Origin: Candidatus Aenigmatarchaeota archaeon
GTDB lineage: Archaea > Aenigmatarchaeota > Aenigmatarchaeia > CG10238-14 > SpSt-28
Direction: 5' to 3'
Assembly (NCBI GenBank): GCA_038733315.1
Contig: JAVYPJ010000001.1
Coordinates: 107,469-171,468 of the forward strand
Length of the DNA: 64,000 nucleotides
Position numbers and translations under genes: made by a program. Shown piece after piece: positions 9,114 to 19,650 of the stretch. Positions within the stretch are counted from its first letter, which is position 1; each line of letters starts with the position of its first letter. The notes beneath the pieces are model-generated. The model ran no database searches, had not been told where the DNA came from, and saw only the letters and a list, made by a program, of their open reading frames with translations.

Positions 9114-9803
9114 AATTAGTTCTTCTTCTGATAAAAAATTGGAAAAAAATCTGTTAATATTCTCTAAATCTCTTTTAAACATCTCATCATACACTATAGA
9201 ATCACTTCTCACACCATGGCTAAAATCTATTAGATAAATTCTATCATTTCCAACTAAAATGTTGTGCTCGCTTAAATCACCATGTACCAAACCTATTTTT
9301 TTAAGATTTTTCATGTTTTCTATTATTTGAAAATAAAAGTTTTTAGCGGATTGATAATCTAAGTTTACATCTTTTAGTTGAGGATATGAAACTCCGTTTT
9401 CACCTAAGAATTCCATCACTAAAATATTTTGATAAGATATTATTGGTCTTGGGCAACTAACTTTTCCCTTTTCGTATGCAATCCTTAAATTTCTATACTC
9501 TCTGTTACACCAAGCAAACACAACATTTCTTTTTTCTCTTTTTATTCTTCCATACCTCGAATCTAGTACTAACAAATTTCTCATCATTTTAAAATCTGAA
9601 TGATAAATTCTGTATATCTTTATTGCAATAAAATTTTTTTCAAAATCTTTGCCCAAAAAAATCACACTTTCTTTTCCCTCTTTAATAATTCCAACCAAAC
9701 CAAAGATAACTCTTCTATTTCTAAGCTCAACTAGAGCTTTAATTGTTAAATCGTCTAAAACCTTAGAGAAAACTTTTAAGCCTTCTTTAAAATCTAAGCT
9801 CAT
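9102..9803 (-). CDS. RIO-type serine/threonine protein kinase.
   Basis: The catalytic loop is LVHGDLSEHNILV and the metal-binding motif is IDFSHGV. FAWCNREYRNL is the RIO signature. Confidence 0.65.
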   Translation of the reverse strand: MSLDFKEGLKVFSKVLDDLTIKALVELRNRRVIFGLVGIIKEGKESVIFLGKDFEKNFIAIKIYRIYHSDFKMMRNLLVLDSRYGRIKREKRNVVFAWCNREYRNLRIAYEKGKVSCPRPIISYQNILVMEFLGENGVSYPQLKDVNLDYQSAKNFYFQIIENMKNLKKIGLVHGDLSEHNILVGNDRIYLIDFSHGVRSDSIVYDEMFKRDLENINRFFSNFLSEEELILDI

Positions 9804-10092
9804 TTGGTAAGTTTTTTATGTATCCGTTTTTTCTTAACCAATTTGATTCAGCTTGAGTATATACGTGAATTATATCACATCTATTTTCCATAAATGGCCA
9901 TTTTTTAACTAAAACGACATCTCCAACCTTAATCCAAAACCTTCTAGAAATTTTTCCAGCAATTCTTCCCATTCTTTCTTTCCCATCTTCACAAATAACT
10001 TTAACTTTATCTCCAGCATAAAACATCTCAACTAAACCATAAGTTTCTCCATTCTTTTCGTCTGCAATTCTAATTTTTGGCTCTTCGTTCAT
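9787..10092 (-). CDS. eif1a: Translation initiation factor aIF-1A.
   Basis: It contains the OB-fold motif RMGRIAGKISRRFWIKVGDVVLV. Being next to a RIO kinase is typical of archaea. Confidence 0.8.
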   Translation of the reverse strand: MNEEPKIRIADEKNGETYGLVEMFYAGDKVKVICEDGKERMGRIAGKISRRFWIKVGDVVLVKKWPFMENRCDIIHVYTQAESNWLRKNGYIKNLPNELRF

Positions 10093-10757
10093 ACTTTTCT
10101 TATTAGTATAGTATCTAAATATACCTTTTTTCCATTCTTAACTCCAACTAAGGTCTTTGAAATTTTATATTCAACAGAGTTTAGATTATTTAATATAAGA
10201 TTTAATATTTCATATGCAGTTTTTTTCGAACCTATATACAAATCTATTCCATCCTTATTCCTTTCAATTTTAGAAATGAAGCTTAAAAAATCTTTCAAAT
10301 TTCTTCTTCTAACCAAATCCTCTATCTCTTTTATTAAACTTTCGCTAACATCAAATCTTAGCTGAATTATAGCCTGTTTATATCCACTAAGTTTCATTGC
10401 ACAAAAAATGCAAGTAAATAATTTTTCCTGAATTTCAATCCTCCTCTCTAAAACTAAAATGTTATCATAGAAAAAATAAACAAACATTTCGCTATCTTTA
10501 TACTTAATTTTTCTCTCTAAATTTATTTTTTTAAAAAAATCTGCATGTTTTCCAAGATGTTCAATAGCTTCTTCAAAAAAATTAAAGAGATGTTTCTTAG
10601 AAAGAGAATATTTTCCACAATGCTTACATTTATATATCGTTATTTTTTCTGGAATTCTTAATTCTTTTTCGATTTCCCTTCTAAAACAATCTAAACAAAA
10701 CTTTTCCACAAATATTTCTACATTCTTTCCACATTTTGGACAAATTCTCTTTATCAT
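10089..10757 (-). CDS. NMD3-like Zn-ribbon protein, a ribosome biogenesis/export adaptor homologue.
   Basis: It has CPKCG...CLDC and CKHCGKY zinc knuckles followed by an AIIQLRFDVS region. The true start is probably the internal MIKRICPKCG rather than the track start at 10808, which overlaps the rhomboid gene. Confidence 0.4.
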   Translation of the reverse strand: MIKRICPKCGKNVEIFVEKFCLDCFRREIEKELRIPEKITIYKCKHCGKYSLSKKHLFNFFEEAIEHLGKHADFFKKINLERKIKYKDSEMFVYFFYDNILVLERRIEIQEKLFTCIFCAMKLSGYKQAIIQLRFDVSESLIKEIEDLVRRRNLKDFLSFISKIERNKDGIDLYIGSKKTAYEILNLILNNLNSVEYKISKTLVGVKNGKKVYLDTILIRKV

Positions 10758-11392
10758 TAAAAATAAATAGATTAAATATAGAAAACAATTTAATGAAATA
10801 TACAACATTTTTACTATTTTTGATTTTTATTAGTTTTGCACTACAGATATTCATAAAAGGATATACTCAAGCTTTTGCTCTAATTCCAAAAAATGTTGTA
10901 GAAGACTTAGAAATATACAGAATTATAACTTCGATTTTTTTACATGGCGATTTTTTACATCTCTTTTTTAACTCCTTTGCGCTCTTTATGTTTGGTGGTG
11001 TATTAGAGAAAATTATAGGACCTAAAAAATTTATATTGTTATTTTTTTTAAGTGGAATTATAGGAAGCATAGCATATATTTTAACAAGTTTTTTATTAGG
11101 AGAATTTAATGTACCTGCATTAGGAGCGAGCGGAGCGATTTATGGTATAATAGGGGCTTTAGCAGTTTTAAGACCAACAACTATAGTTTTAATTTATTTT
11201 ACTCCAGTACCATTACTTTTCTTAGCGTTTTTTTGGATAATAACAGAAAGCCTTGCAACTCTTCTCCAATTTTTTGGAGCTAAAAGTGGTATAGCTTCAC
11301 AAGCACACTTAGCTGGGCTTTTGTTTGGAATGTTTATTGGACTAAGAATTAAAGAAAGGTATAAAGGTATAAAAGTTAAATACGAATTTTAG
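10736..11392 (+). CDS. Rhomboid-family intramembrane serine protease.
   Basis: It has the GASGAIYG catalytic serine motif and a downstream AHLAGLLFG catalytic His in TM helices. Confidence 0.7.
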   Translation: MDKFSLSLKINRLNIENNLMKYTTFLLFLIFISFALQIFIKGYTQAFALIPKNVVEDLEIYRIITSIFLHGDFLHLFFNSFALFMFGGVLEKIIGPKKFILLFFLSGIIGSIAYILTSFLLGEFNVPALGASGAIYGIIGALAVLRPTTIVLIYFTPVPLLFLAFFWIITESLATLLQFFGAKSGIASQAHLAGLLFGMFIGLRIKERYKGIKVKYEF

Positions 11393-11393
11393 C

Positions 11394-13850
11394 TTATATG
11401 TTATTTTTAAAAAAATGAGATAGAGACTTCTGCCTTGTTTTTGATAAGATATCTGATTCAGAAATGTTTAAAACTGAGAGAACTCTTAAAGCAGCTGGTA
11501 ATATTTGGTTTGTAATGTAATAATCCACATCGATATCTTCTTTTTTTGCAAAAAGAAAATATTCAGCTTTTTCTGAGATTGAATTGCCTTGCTTAACTAT
11601 AACAAAAGGAACTATGCATCCTTCTGTTAAATTTATTCCTCTTCTAATTGCTTTTTTAGCTGCTATTACATGCGGGCTAATCTGCTTATATTCTTCTATG
11701 TTTTTTGTTAGCTGTTCGTGAATTGTAACATCTTCTATTTTAAAATCGTAATTTCTGAGTTTTTGAATTACTTCTCTAACATATTCTATTGCCTTATTTA
11801 CATCATTTTCTCTAAGTATTATTTCTAAAACTTTTCTTTGAACAACCTTAGCTAATCTACACCAATCTCTCCTAACAGTTTCAAATCCTCTAATTTCTAA
11901 TTCATTATTCTCGCTTAGAAGCGCATATCTTTTTTTAGCACCTATATCTTTCTCTCTTCTCTTTACAAAAATTCCTCTAATATAAAATCCTCTATATTCT
12001 AACTCCATTTTACCCTTGAAAGAAGAATTAACCATATCAAGAAACTTTTTCCCAATATCTATTAATTCATCTTTATTTAAAGATTTATTAGAAACCATAA
12101 GAGAATCGGTATCTCCATATATTATTTCCAAACCAAAATTTTTTGCAAGCTCCGATACGTTTTTTATATAATATCTTTCGAAAGCCGTAACACTTTCTGC
12201 ACATTCTCTTTTATACCACCTTGCACCGACATAACCCATATAACCATAAGTTGCGTTTGCAAGAATCTTTAATGAATATTGAAAACTATCCAATAACTTA
12301 AAATCCTCGCTATTCTTATCTAAGTTTTTTAAATTTTTTTTAATTCTAGCCCTTTCATCTATTAAGAACTCTAAGTGCTTAGGTATAAACCCTTTTTTCA
12401 TAACACAAAAATGATAGTTTAATTCTGGAACTTTATTTTCCTCTTTGCATTTTTGATGTTCGCAATTAAACGTATCCATAGAAATGTTATGAGTAATTAT
12501 TATAGTTGGATATAGCGACCTAAAATCAAATACTATTATATTTTCGTGAATTCCCGTTTTTGGTTCAAAAACAAAAGCACCTTTATATGGAGCTTTCATT
12601 CTTCTTATTTTAAGCTCTTCGTGTTTTGGTCTATTTGGAGCTATTTGGTTATCTTTAAAAGAATTTCTCAATAGATAAGCTTCTACTAATTGAGAATATG
12701 TATTCCTACAAACATCGAAAAGAGTTAAATATGTTATCCTTGATAATGAAATTAATTGTGGTAAAAAGATTTCTAACAATCTTAAAACTAATTCACAATC
12801 CCAAATGTTGTATTCTATAATCTTTTCTATGTTTAATTTTTCCATAAGAGATTTCTGCATCTCTTCAAAAGTAATTTCTTTTTTTCCATAACCTAAAAAT
12901 TCCTTTGCTACAGCGTCTAATGTTAAAACCTCTGTTTTTATTATCGGAGATAATATATGATCGACATAAACATAAACATCTAAATAAGCCCTTCCAGGTA
13001 TTTTATAACTTTGGACCCATCCTCTCTTAATAGTTTTTAATTTAGACTCTTCTCTTCCTATTCTCAATTCTATTCCATAGTTTTTTGCCTTTTCTTTCAG
13101 CAATGGAAAATCGAAACCATCTGTATTATATCCAGCTAAAATATCTGGATTAGCTTCTTTTATTGTATCAATAAATTTTTTAATAAGCTCCTTTTCTGTT
13201 TTAAAAACTTCTACATTTTCTTTTGGTGCTTTAAAACCAAAATCTAAACTTAAAGTTTTTTTAAACCCATCGTTACCAACTATGGATATTAAAGCTATTT
13301 TCATTGAACCCTTCTCTTCTAAAATCTCTATATCAAAAGCATAAATTTTCATCTTAGGTATTTTTTGCAACTCAATTCTTTCTATTTTTTTAGCTAATAT
13401 TTTTTTATTTTTTTCTATACCATATACCTTAATCCAGCCCGAAGGAGCTATATCATTATCTATTAAAAATCTTCTATAGAAAGGTATGTCATATTCAAAA
13501 GTTTCTAAAATCTCTTTAAAATTATCTTTCAAAAATTTTCTGAATTTTGGAACTTTTTTTGGATTGTTTATAGATATTTTTATTACTTTTATTTCCCTTC
13601 CTAAAAATTCTTTATTTAAAACTTCGATTTTTTCTATCCTTACATCTATAACCTTTAAGTTTTTTAATTTTTCGATAAAATTCTCTAAATCCTTCTCATC
13701 AACAAGAATATAAAAATATGGCAAAAAATCTCTATAAAAAACTATATAATTTTCATTATTTTCGTCTTTGCAAAAAATTCTTATTATAGGCTTTCCCTCT
13801 TTTTTAGATAAAATATAATCGATGTCCAAAACAAAAAGAGCTCTTTCCAT
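11394..13850 (-). CDS. polB: Family B DNA polymerase.
   Basis: The catalytic YGDTDS motif is present (IIYGDTDSLMV). There is an exonuclease-like N-terminal half. The length is 818 aa. Confidence 0.85.
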   Translation of the reverse strand: MERALFVLDIDYILSKKEGKPIIRIFCKDENNENYIVFYRDFLPYFYILVDEKDLENFIEKLKNLKVIDVRIEKIEVLNKEFLGREIKVIKISINNPKKVPKFRKFLKDNFKEILETFEYDIPFYRRFLIDNDIAPSGWIKVYGIEKNKKILAKKIERIELQKIPKMKIYAFDIEILEEKGSMKIALISIVGNDGFKKTLSLDFGFKAPKENVEVFKTEKELIKKFIDTIKEANPDILAGYNTDGFDFPLLKEKAKNYGIELRIGREESKLKTIKRGWVQSYKIPGRAYLDVYVYVDHILSPIIKTEVLTLDAVAKEFLGYGKKEITFEEMQKSLMEKLNIEKIIEYNIWDCELVLRLLEIFLPQLISLSRITYLTLFDVCRNTYSQLVEAYLLRNSFKDNQIAPNRPKHEELKIRRMKAPYKGAFVFEPKTGIHENIIVFDFRSLYPTIIITHNISMDTFNCEHQKCKEENKVPELNYHFCVMKKGFIPKHLEFLIDERARIKKNLKNLDKNSEDFKLLDSFQYSLKILANATYGYMGYVGARWYKRECAESVTAFERYYIKNVSELAKNFGLEIIYGDTDSLMVSNKSLNKDELIDIGKKFLDMVNSSFKGKMELEYRGFYIRGIFVKRREKDIGAKKRYALLSENNELEIRGFETVRRDWCRLAKVVQRKVLEIILRENDVNKAIEYVREVIQKLRNYDFKIEDVTIHEQLTKNIEEYKQISPHVIAAKKAIRRGINLTEGCIVPFVIVKQGNSISEKAEYFLFAKKEDIDVDYYITNQILPAALRVLSVLNISESDILSKTRQKSLSHFFKNNI

Positions 13851-13873
13851 AAAAATTTAAAATCTTATTTTTT

Positions 13874-14566
13874 ATGAAGATTGGCATTTTTTATACAGGT
13901 GGAAAAGATTCTACATTAACTATACTTAAGGCTATAGAAGATGGATATGAAGTTAAGTATCTGTTTACTGTAAAACCTAAGAATTTTGATTCTTATATGT
14001 TTCACTCTGTTACCTTAGATATTACAAAAATTCAGGCAAAGTTAATGAATATAGAGCATGTATTTTTTGAAGTAAGTGGAGAAAAGGAAAAAGAGGTTAA
14101 TGAGTTAATAGAGAATTTAAAAAATTTTTATAGAGAAATAGATTGCATAGGCGTGGGGGCAATAAAAAGCTTATATCAATACAAAAGATTTGAAAAAATA
14201 GCCAATAAATTTAATCTTAAAATATATGCTCCGCTATGGAATAGAGAATGCAAAAATATTTGGAAAGAGCTTTTAGAAAGAGAATTTAAAATAATAATTA
14301 CAAAAATTAGTGCTGAAGGTTTAGAGGAGGAAATGCTTGGAAAAGTTATAGATTATAGAATGTTAGAATGTTTAATAAAAAAGAGTGAAAAATACATGTT
14401 TGATTTGTGTTTTGAAGGTGGAGAGGCCGAAACCTTAGTTTTAGATTGCCCACTATTTTCTAAGGAAATAGAAATAAAAAATTTTGAAATAAAAAGAGAT
14501 TTAAACTCCTCTTGGATGGAAATTAAAGAATTAGAACTAAAAAACAAGCTAAAAAGGAAAGTATAA
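13874..14566 (+). CDS. PP-loop ATP pyrophosphatase of the MJ0570/Dph6 family, a diphthine-ammonia ligase-like protein.
   Basis: The N-terminal MKIGIFYTGGKDS carries the SGGKDS PP-loop. Confidence 0.55.
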   Translation: MKIGIFYTGGKDSTLTILKAIEDGYEVKYLFTVKPKNFDSYMFHSVTLDITKIQAKLMNIEHVFFEVSGEKEKEVNELIENLKNFYREIDCIGVGAIKSLYQYKRFEKIANKFNLKIYAPLWNRECKNIWKELLEREFKIIITKISAEGLEEEMLGKVIDYRMLECLIKKSEKYMFDLCFEGGEAETLVLDCPLFSKEIEIKNFEIKRDLNSSWMEIKELELKNKLKRKV

Positions 14567-15911
14567 TCGCTATTATAGAATTTATTTTCAGAATTTCGAC
14601 CTCTTTTCCTTTAAGTTCATCTATTACTGCTATTATTGCAGAGATGTTATATAAAGAAATCATATTCCCTATTCCAGCTCCAATACTTTGCAATGCAAGA
14701 ACTTTATCTACATTTAAATTCAAAGCAGTTGCTATTTCTTGTTGAAACTTTATAAAGGTTAGATTAGATAGTGTTGCCGACCCAAAAATAAAAGCACCAA
14801 AAACTCCTATTATAGGCGAAATTATTAGAAAATACTTATCAAAACCAATAAAATAGTTTTTTAAGTTATCCATAACACCCTTAACTCCTATGGAATTTTC
14901 TGAAGATAAAGTTAAGTAAGAGGAGACAAAAGATAAAAAGAATATTATAAAAAAAAGTCTAATAGATTTCTTTAATATTTCTAATGAATAAATCTTTATT
15001 CTTTTTCTATTATTTAATGCCAAAAATAGCGCTATGGATAAAATTATTATACTTATATTAAAAAAATTCAATATTTCAATTATTATTGGAATGTTAGAGC
15101 TTCTTAATATTACAAAAATTATTATCGCAATAAAAAATGGTGAAAAAATTTTTAAAAAAAATCTAAATCTCGAAATGTTTTTAAAGAATATGAAAAAAAG
15201 TGCTCCTATGGATGCCAAAATTATTGTAAGCGTGAAAAATTGTGTATGAGCAACAATAATTGAAATGATAAAAAATACTATAATAGAAGCGATGGTTTCC
15301 TTTTTAAAAGTTAAAAAGCTATGCATTTCTTTTTCAAACTTTAAATAAAAAGTTAATGCCACTAAAAATATGAAAAATATGAAAATGGAAAAAATTATAC
15401 CAACTATCTTTACGAATTCTAAACTATTCGCATCCTTAGCGCCTATTATTATAGGTGTAGAAAAAGCTCCAAAAGTTGAATAAGTATCTGTAATTAAAGA
15501 GATAGAAGCTGATAATAATGGATTAAAACCAAGAGTATATAAGCTCTTAACTGCTATAATACCGGGCGTTCCGAAACCTACTAGACCTTCTATTAATATT
15601 GTGAGAAAAATTCCTATTGCAACAAAATTCAAAAAATTTTTCTCTTTAAAAGATTTGAAAAATTTTGTATTTTCCTTCTCTATTATCTTAAACAAGAATA
15701 ATACTGAAAAAACTAAAAGAAAGATTTTAAAACCTGTAAGAAAGGAATCTATATGAGCAAGCAAAATTTTATAAAAATAAATTCCGATTGAAATAGATAC
15801 TATTAGAGTTATTAAATAAGAGAAAAACAGTGTTTTAAATAAATCTCGAGTTAAAAATAGAAGAAAAAATAAGGAGATTATAGGAAGGAATAAAAATATT
15901 TCTGATATCAT
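14523..15911 (-). CDS. Polytopic membrane permease. The family is uncertain and an anion/cation permease type is possible.
   Basis: It is 462 aa with more than 10 hydrophobic helices. Confidence 0.4.
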   Translation of the reverse strand: MISEIFLFLPIISLFFLLFLTRDLFKTLFFSYLITLIVSISIGIYFYKILLAHIDSFLTGFKIFLLVFSVLFLFKIIEKENTKFFKSFKEKNFLNFVAIGIFLTILIEGLVGFGTPGIIAVKSLYTLGFNPLLSASISLITDTYSTFGAFSTPIIIGAKDANSLEFVKIVGIIFSIFIFFIFLVALTFYLKFEKEMHSFLTFKKETIASIIVFFIISIIVAHTQFFTLTIILASIGALFFIFFKNISRFRFFLKIFSPFFIAIIIFVILRSSNIPIIIEILNFFNISIIILSIALFLALNNRKRIKIYSLEILKKSIRLFFIIFFLSFVSSYLTLSSENSIGVKGVMDNLKNYFIGFDKYFLIISPIIGVFGAFIFGSATLSNLTFIKFQQEIATALNLNVDKVLALQSIGAGIGNMISLYNISAIIAVIDELKGKEVEILKINSIIAIILSFLACFLVLIL

Positions 15912-15936
15912 AAAAACACTTTATTCTAACAGAAAA

Positions 15937-16251
15937 TTATATAACCTTAATTTTTATATCGACTTCGTTTCCAAAATCGATTCTCATTATTTGTTTTAAA
16001 ACCCTTTCATCAGGCTGAAGATAAATTAATCTCTTATGTATTCTCATTTCCCAAACTTCCCATGTAGCGTTTCCATGACCGGTACCATCTTTTATGTTTG
16101 CCATAGTATAAACTTTTAGCTTTTTTGTAGGTAATGGTATTGGTCCTTTAAACATTATACCATATTTTTTTGCTACTCCTATTATTTCATTGGTAACTCT
16201 ATTTAATTCATTTAAATCTCTGCTTGCTAATTTTATAACGACCTTGTCCAT
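15937..16251 (-). CDS. rps10: Ribosomal protein S10.
   Basis: The GPIPLPTKKLKV motif is present and the protein is 104 aa long. Confidence 0.75.
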   Translation of the reverse strand: MDKVVIKLASRDLNELNRVTNEIIGVAKKYGIMFKGPIPLPTKKLKVYTMANIKDGTGHGNATWEVWEMRIHKRLIYLQPDERVLKQIMRIDFGNEVDIKIKVI

Positions 16252-16403
16252 ATATTTATTTTTTAATAAATACTTAGATATAAATCTTTTTGTTGAGCTT
16301 AATAAAATAAAAAATATACACTTTTTTATAGAAATCTATATATTTATAAAATCGAAAATTATTTATTTTTATTTGTATAACTAATCTACTTCGTGGTAAT
16401 AAC

Positions 16404-17474
16404 ATGGAGACAAAAAAGCTAAAATGTAAGGTGTGTGGAAGCGAAAAAGTAGTTTTAGATTCAAGTAGAGGAGAGTATGTATGCCAAGATTGTGGAGTAG
16501 TTTTAGAGGATTATATTATTGATTTATCTCAAGAATGGAGAGCTTTTAGTAGCGAGCAGTTAGAAAGAAGAGCGAGAACTGGAAGTCCTTTATCGATAGC
16601 AAAACATGATAAAGGTCTATCTACTCAAATAGGAAAAGGAACTGCAGAGCTATATAAAGTTCCTACTGAAAAAAGATTTCAATATTATAGATTAACGCAA
16701 TGGAGTAAAAGACTATCCACTTCTAAGGATAGAAACATAAGTTATGCTTTATCTGAATTACAAAGAATTGTTTCTTCATTACAATTACCAAAAACTGTAT
16801 TAGAAAGGGCTGCAATGTATCATGAGCAACTTATAAGTAAAGGAGCTGTTAGAGGAAGGAGTTTGGAGAGTATAATTGCTTCCTTAGTTTATTTTGCAGC
16901 AAAAGAATTACATACTCCAAGAACTTTTGATGAAATTGCAGAAGTTGTTGGTATTGATAAAAGAGAGTTGGGAAGAGCGTATAGATATGTTGCAAGAGAG
17001 TTGGGATTAAGAATTTTACCTGCAGATGCTAGAGATTATATTCCAAGATTTTGTAGTTTAATAAATGTAAGTGAAAAGGTTCAAAAAAAAGCTATGGAGC
17101 TTTTAGAGCAAGCAGAAAAAGCTGGAATAGTTAGTGGTAAAGGACCTACAGGAATAGCTGCAGCTGTTATTTTTATTGCTTCATTATTAGAGGGTGAAAG
17201 AAGAACTCAAAGAGAAATAGCTGAAAGATGTAAATTAACAGAAGTTACTATAAGAAATAGGTATAAGGAAATTATTGAGAGACTTGGTTTAGAGGCTATA
17301 GTAAAAGAGAAGGAGGAAGAATTAGAAAAAGAAAAGATTATAGAAAAAAAGGAGGAAGAAAAGAAGGAAAAGCCAATAATTCCATTGCTAGATGAAAAGA
17401 AAAAGAAGAAAAAAACTATTAGAAAAAAGAAAGTTGTAAAAAAGGTGAAGAAGAAAAAATCTAAATCTAAATGA
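16404..17474 (+). CDS. tfb: Transcription initiation factor TFB (TFIIB).
   Basis: There is an N-terminal Zn-ribbon (CKVCGS...CQDCG), cyclin repeats, and a Lys/Glu-rich tail. Confidence 0.85.
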   Translation: METKKLKCKVCGSEKVVLDSSRGEYVCQDCGVVLEDYIIDLSQEWRAFSSEQLERRARTGSPLSIAKHDKGLSTQIGKGTAELYKVPTEKRFQYYRLTQWSKRLSTSKDRNISYALSELQRIVSSLQLPKTVLERAAMYHEQLISKGAVRGRSLESIIASLVYFAAKELHTPRTFDEIAEVVGIDKRELGRAYRYVARELGLRILPADARDYIPRFCSLINVSEKVQKKAMELLEQAEKAGIVSGKGPTGIAAAVIFIASLLEGERRTQREIAERCKLTEVTIRNRYKEIIERLGLEAIVKEKEEELEKEKIIEKKEEEKKEKPIIPLLDEKKKKKKTIRKKKVVKKVKKKKSKSK

Positions 17475-18007
17475 AATGTCCCTATTGTAACAAAGAACTA
17501 AAGTTTATTTCTGAAAAGAAATATATTGAACATTTTGGGGAAATGTTTTTTTATACTTTATTTTGTGAAAACTGCGGATTTAGATTTAGTGATGAGTTTA
17601 CCCTAGAAGTTAAAGAACCTATGGCATACTATCTTAAAGTTGAGAACGAAGAAGATTTGTTTGCTAAAATTGTTAGAGGAAGTAATGGATATATCGAAAT
17701 AAAAGAATTGAAAATAAAGCTTATTCCAGCACAATTCTCTAAAAGTTTTATTAAAAGTGTGGAAGGATTTTTAAATGATGTATATGAGATAGTTAAATCT
17801 CAACTTCCATATTTAAAAGGTAAAAGATTAGAAAAAGCAAAAAACATTCTCTCAGAAATAGAGAAAATGAAAAAATGCGAAAAAATTTTTACTATAGTGG
17901 TTAAAGATGTTACAGGAATCTCTAAAATTTTATCACCAAAAGCAAAAAGTAGAAAACTTAGCGAAAGGGAAGTGAAAAATTTAAAAACTTCAATAACCTA
18001 TTTATGA
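17471..18007 (+). CDS. Zn-ribbon protein, possibly a ZPR1-type zinc-finger domain.
   Basis: CPYCN...(24)...CENCGFRF is followed by a beta-rich domain. Its start and stop overlap TFB and MetRS by 4 nt. Confidence 0.35.
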   Translation: MKCPYCNKELKFISEKKYIEHFGEMFFYTLFCENCGFRFSDEFTLEVKEPMAYYLKVENEEDLFAKIVRGSNGYIEIKELKIKLIPAQFSKSFIKSVEGFLNDVYEIVKSQLPYLKGKRLEKAKNILSEIEKMKKCEKIFTIVVKDVTGISKILSPKAKSRKLSEREVKNLKTSITYL

Positions 18008-19650
18008 AATACTTAGTAACAGCTGCATTGCCATATACAAACAACTTGCCACACATAGGAAATATTGCTGGCTCTCATTTACCTGCAGACATTTACCAAA
18101 AGCTACTTAAAATTTTTGGTTACAATGTTATTTTTATTGGTGGTACTGATGAGCATGGAAGCCCTATAGAAATTGCTGCAATAAAAGAAAATAAAAATCC
18201 AAAAGAATTATGTGATTATTATTATGCTCTTCACAAAAAAATATACGATTGGTTAAGAATAGATTATGATAACTTTTCAAGAACTTCTAATAAAACAAAT
18301 CACGAAATGACGCAATATATTTTTAAAAAATTGTATGAAAATGGTTATATAACTGAAGGTTTTTTAACTTTAGCATATTGCGAATTTGATAAACGATTTC
18401 TTCCAGATAGATATGTAGAAGGAATTTGTCCATTTTGTAAGTATGAAAAAGCTAGAGGCGATCAGTGCGAAAATTGTGGAAGGCTTTTGGATCCGATAGA
18501 TTTAGTAAATCCAAAATGCGTTCTATGCGGAAATAAGCCAATCTTTAAAGAAACTAGGCATTTATTCTTAGATTTAGCAAAAACAGAAAAAAAACTTTTA
18601 AAATGGATATTAAAAAATAAACATTGGAAAGATAATGTAAGAAATTTTGCTTTAAGCTGGATTAAGGAAGGTTTAAAAAAGAGAAGTATTACAAGAGATT
18701 TGAGTTGGGGTATTAAAGTTCCGTTAGAAAATTATAAAGATAAAGTATTTTATGTTTGGTTTGATGCTCCAATAGGATACATTTCCTCTACAATCGAATA
18801 CTTTGAAAAAATAGGAAAAAAAGATGAATGGAAAAAATATTGGCTAAAAAATTCTAAAGCTAGAATAATTCATTTCCTAGGAAAAGATAACATTCCATTT
18901 CATACAATATTTTGGCCCGCTATTTTAATTGGTACTAAGGAATTTAATTTGCCATATAATGTTGTTGGTTTAGAGTATCTAAACTTTGAAAATAAAAAAA
19001 TTTCTAAAAGCCAGAATTGGGGAGTTTTTTTTGAAATAGAGGATGAAAAAATATTAGTTAGAATTAAAGATAAAAAAATTGAAATAGATAGCGATTATAT
19101 TAGATTTTACTTAGCATATATTTTACCAGAGAATAAAGATGCAAACTTTTCTATTAACGAATTTAAAGAAAAAATAAATAAAGAATTAATTGGAAATTTT
19201 GGAAACTTTGTTTATAGAGTATTGAGCTTCACGGAGAAATATTATAACTTAGAAATTCCTAAGGCAAAATTATCTAAGAAAGAAAGAGAAATTTTAAAGA
19301 TTATAAAGGAATCAAAAAAAGATATTAAAAATAACGTTAAAAATGTTGAAATTAAAAAAATTCTATATAAGATTTTAGAGTTGTCTTCAATCGCTAATAA
19401 ATATTTTCAAGAAAGCGAACCATGGAAAAATAAAGAAAAAAGGGATTTGACTGTTATGTTTTCTATAAATCTTGTTAAGGATTTGACTATACTCTTTTGG
19501 CCTTTTATTACGAAATCCTCTGAAAAGATTTTCTATTTCTTAAATTATTCTTTCGAACCAAAAAACGCTATAAAAAATGTTGGTAAAATAGAATTAAAGA
19601 GTTGTAAAATTAGAAAGCCAGAAATTATTTTCAAACCGCTTGAATTTTAA
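18004..19650 (+). CDS. metG: Methionyl-tRNA synthetase.
   Basis: It has the HIGH-region PHIGNIAG, the zinc knuckles CPFC...CENCG, and the KMSKS motif KISKSQ. Confidence 0.85.
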   Translation: MKYLVTAALPYTNNLPHIGNIAGSHLPADIYQKLLKIFGYNVIFIGGTDEHGSPIEIAAIKENKNPKELCDYYYALHKKIYDWLRIDYDNFSRTSNKTNHEMTQYIFKKLYENGYITEGFLTLAYCEFDKRFLPDRYVEGICPFCKYEKARGDQCENCGRLLDPIDLVNPKCVLCGNKPIFKETRHLFLDLAKTEKKLLKWILKNKHWKDNVRNFALSWIKEGLKKRSITRDLSWGIKVPLENYKDKVFYVWFDAPIGYISSTIEYFEKIGKKDEWKKYWLKNSKARIIHFLGKDNIPFHTIFWPAILIGTKEFNLPYNVVGLEYLNFENKKISKSQNWGVFFEIEDEKILVRIKDKKIEIDSDYIRFYLAYILPENKDANFSINEFKEKINKELIGNFGNFVYRVLSFTEKYYNLEIPKAKLSKKEREILKIIKESKKDIKNNVKNVEIKKILYKILELSSIANKYFQESEPWKNKEKRDLTVMFSINLVKDLTILFWPFITKSSEKIFYFLNYSFEPKNAIKNVGKIELKSCKIRKPEIIFKPLEF

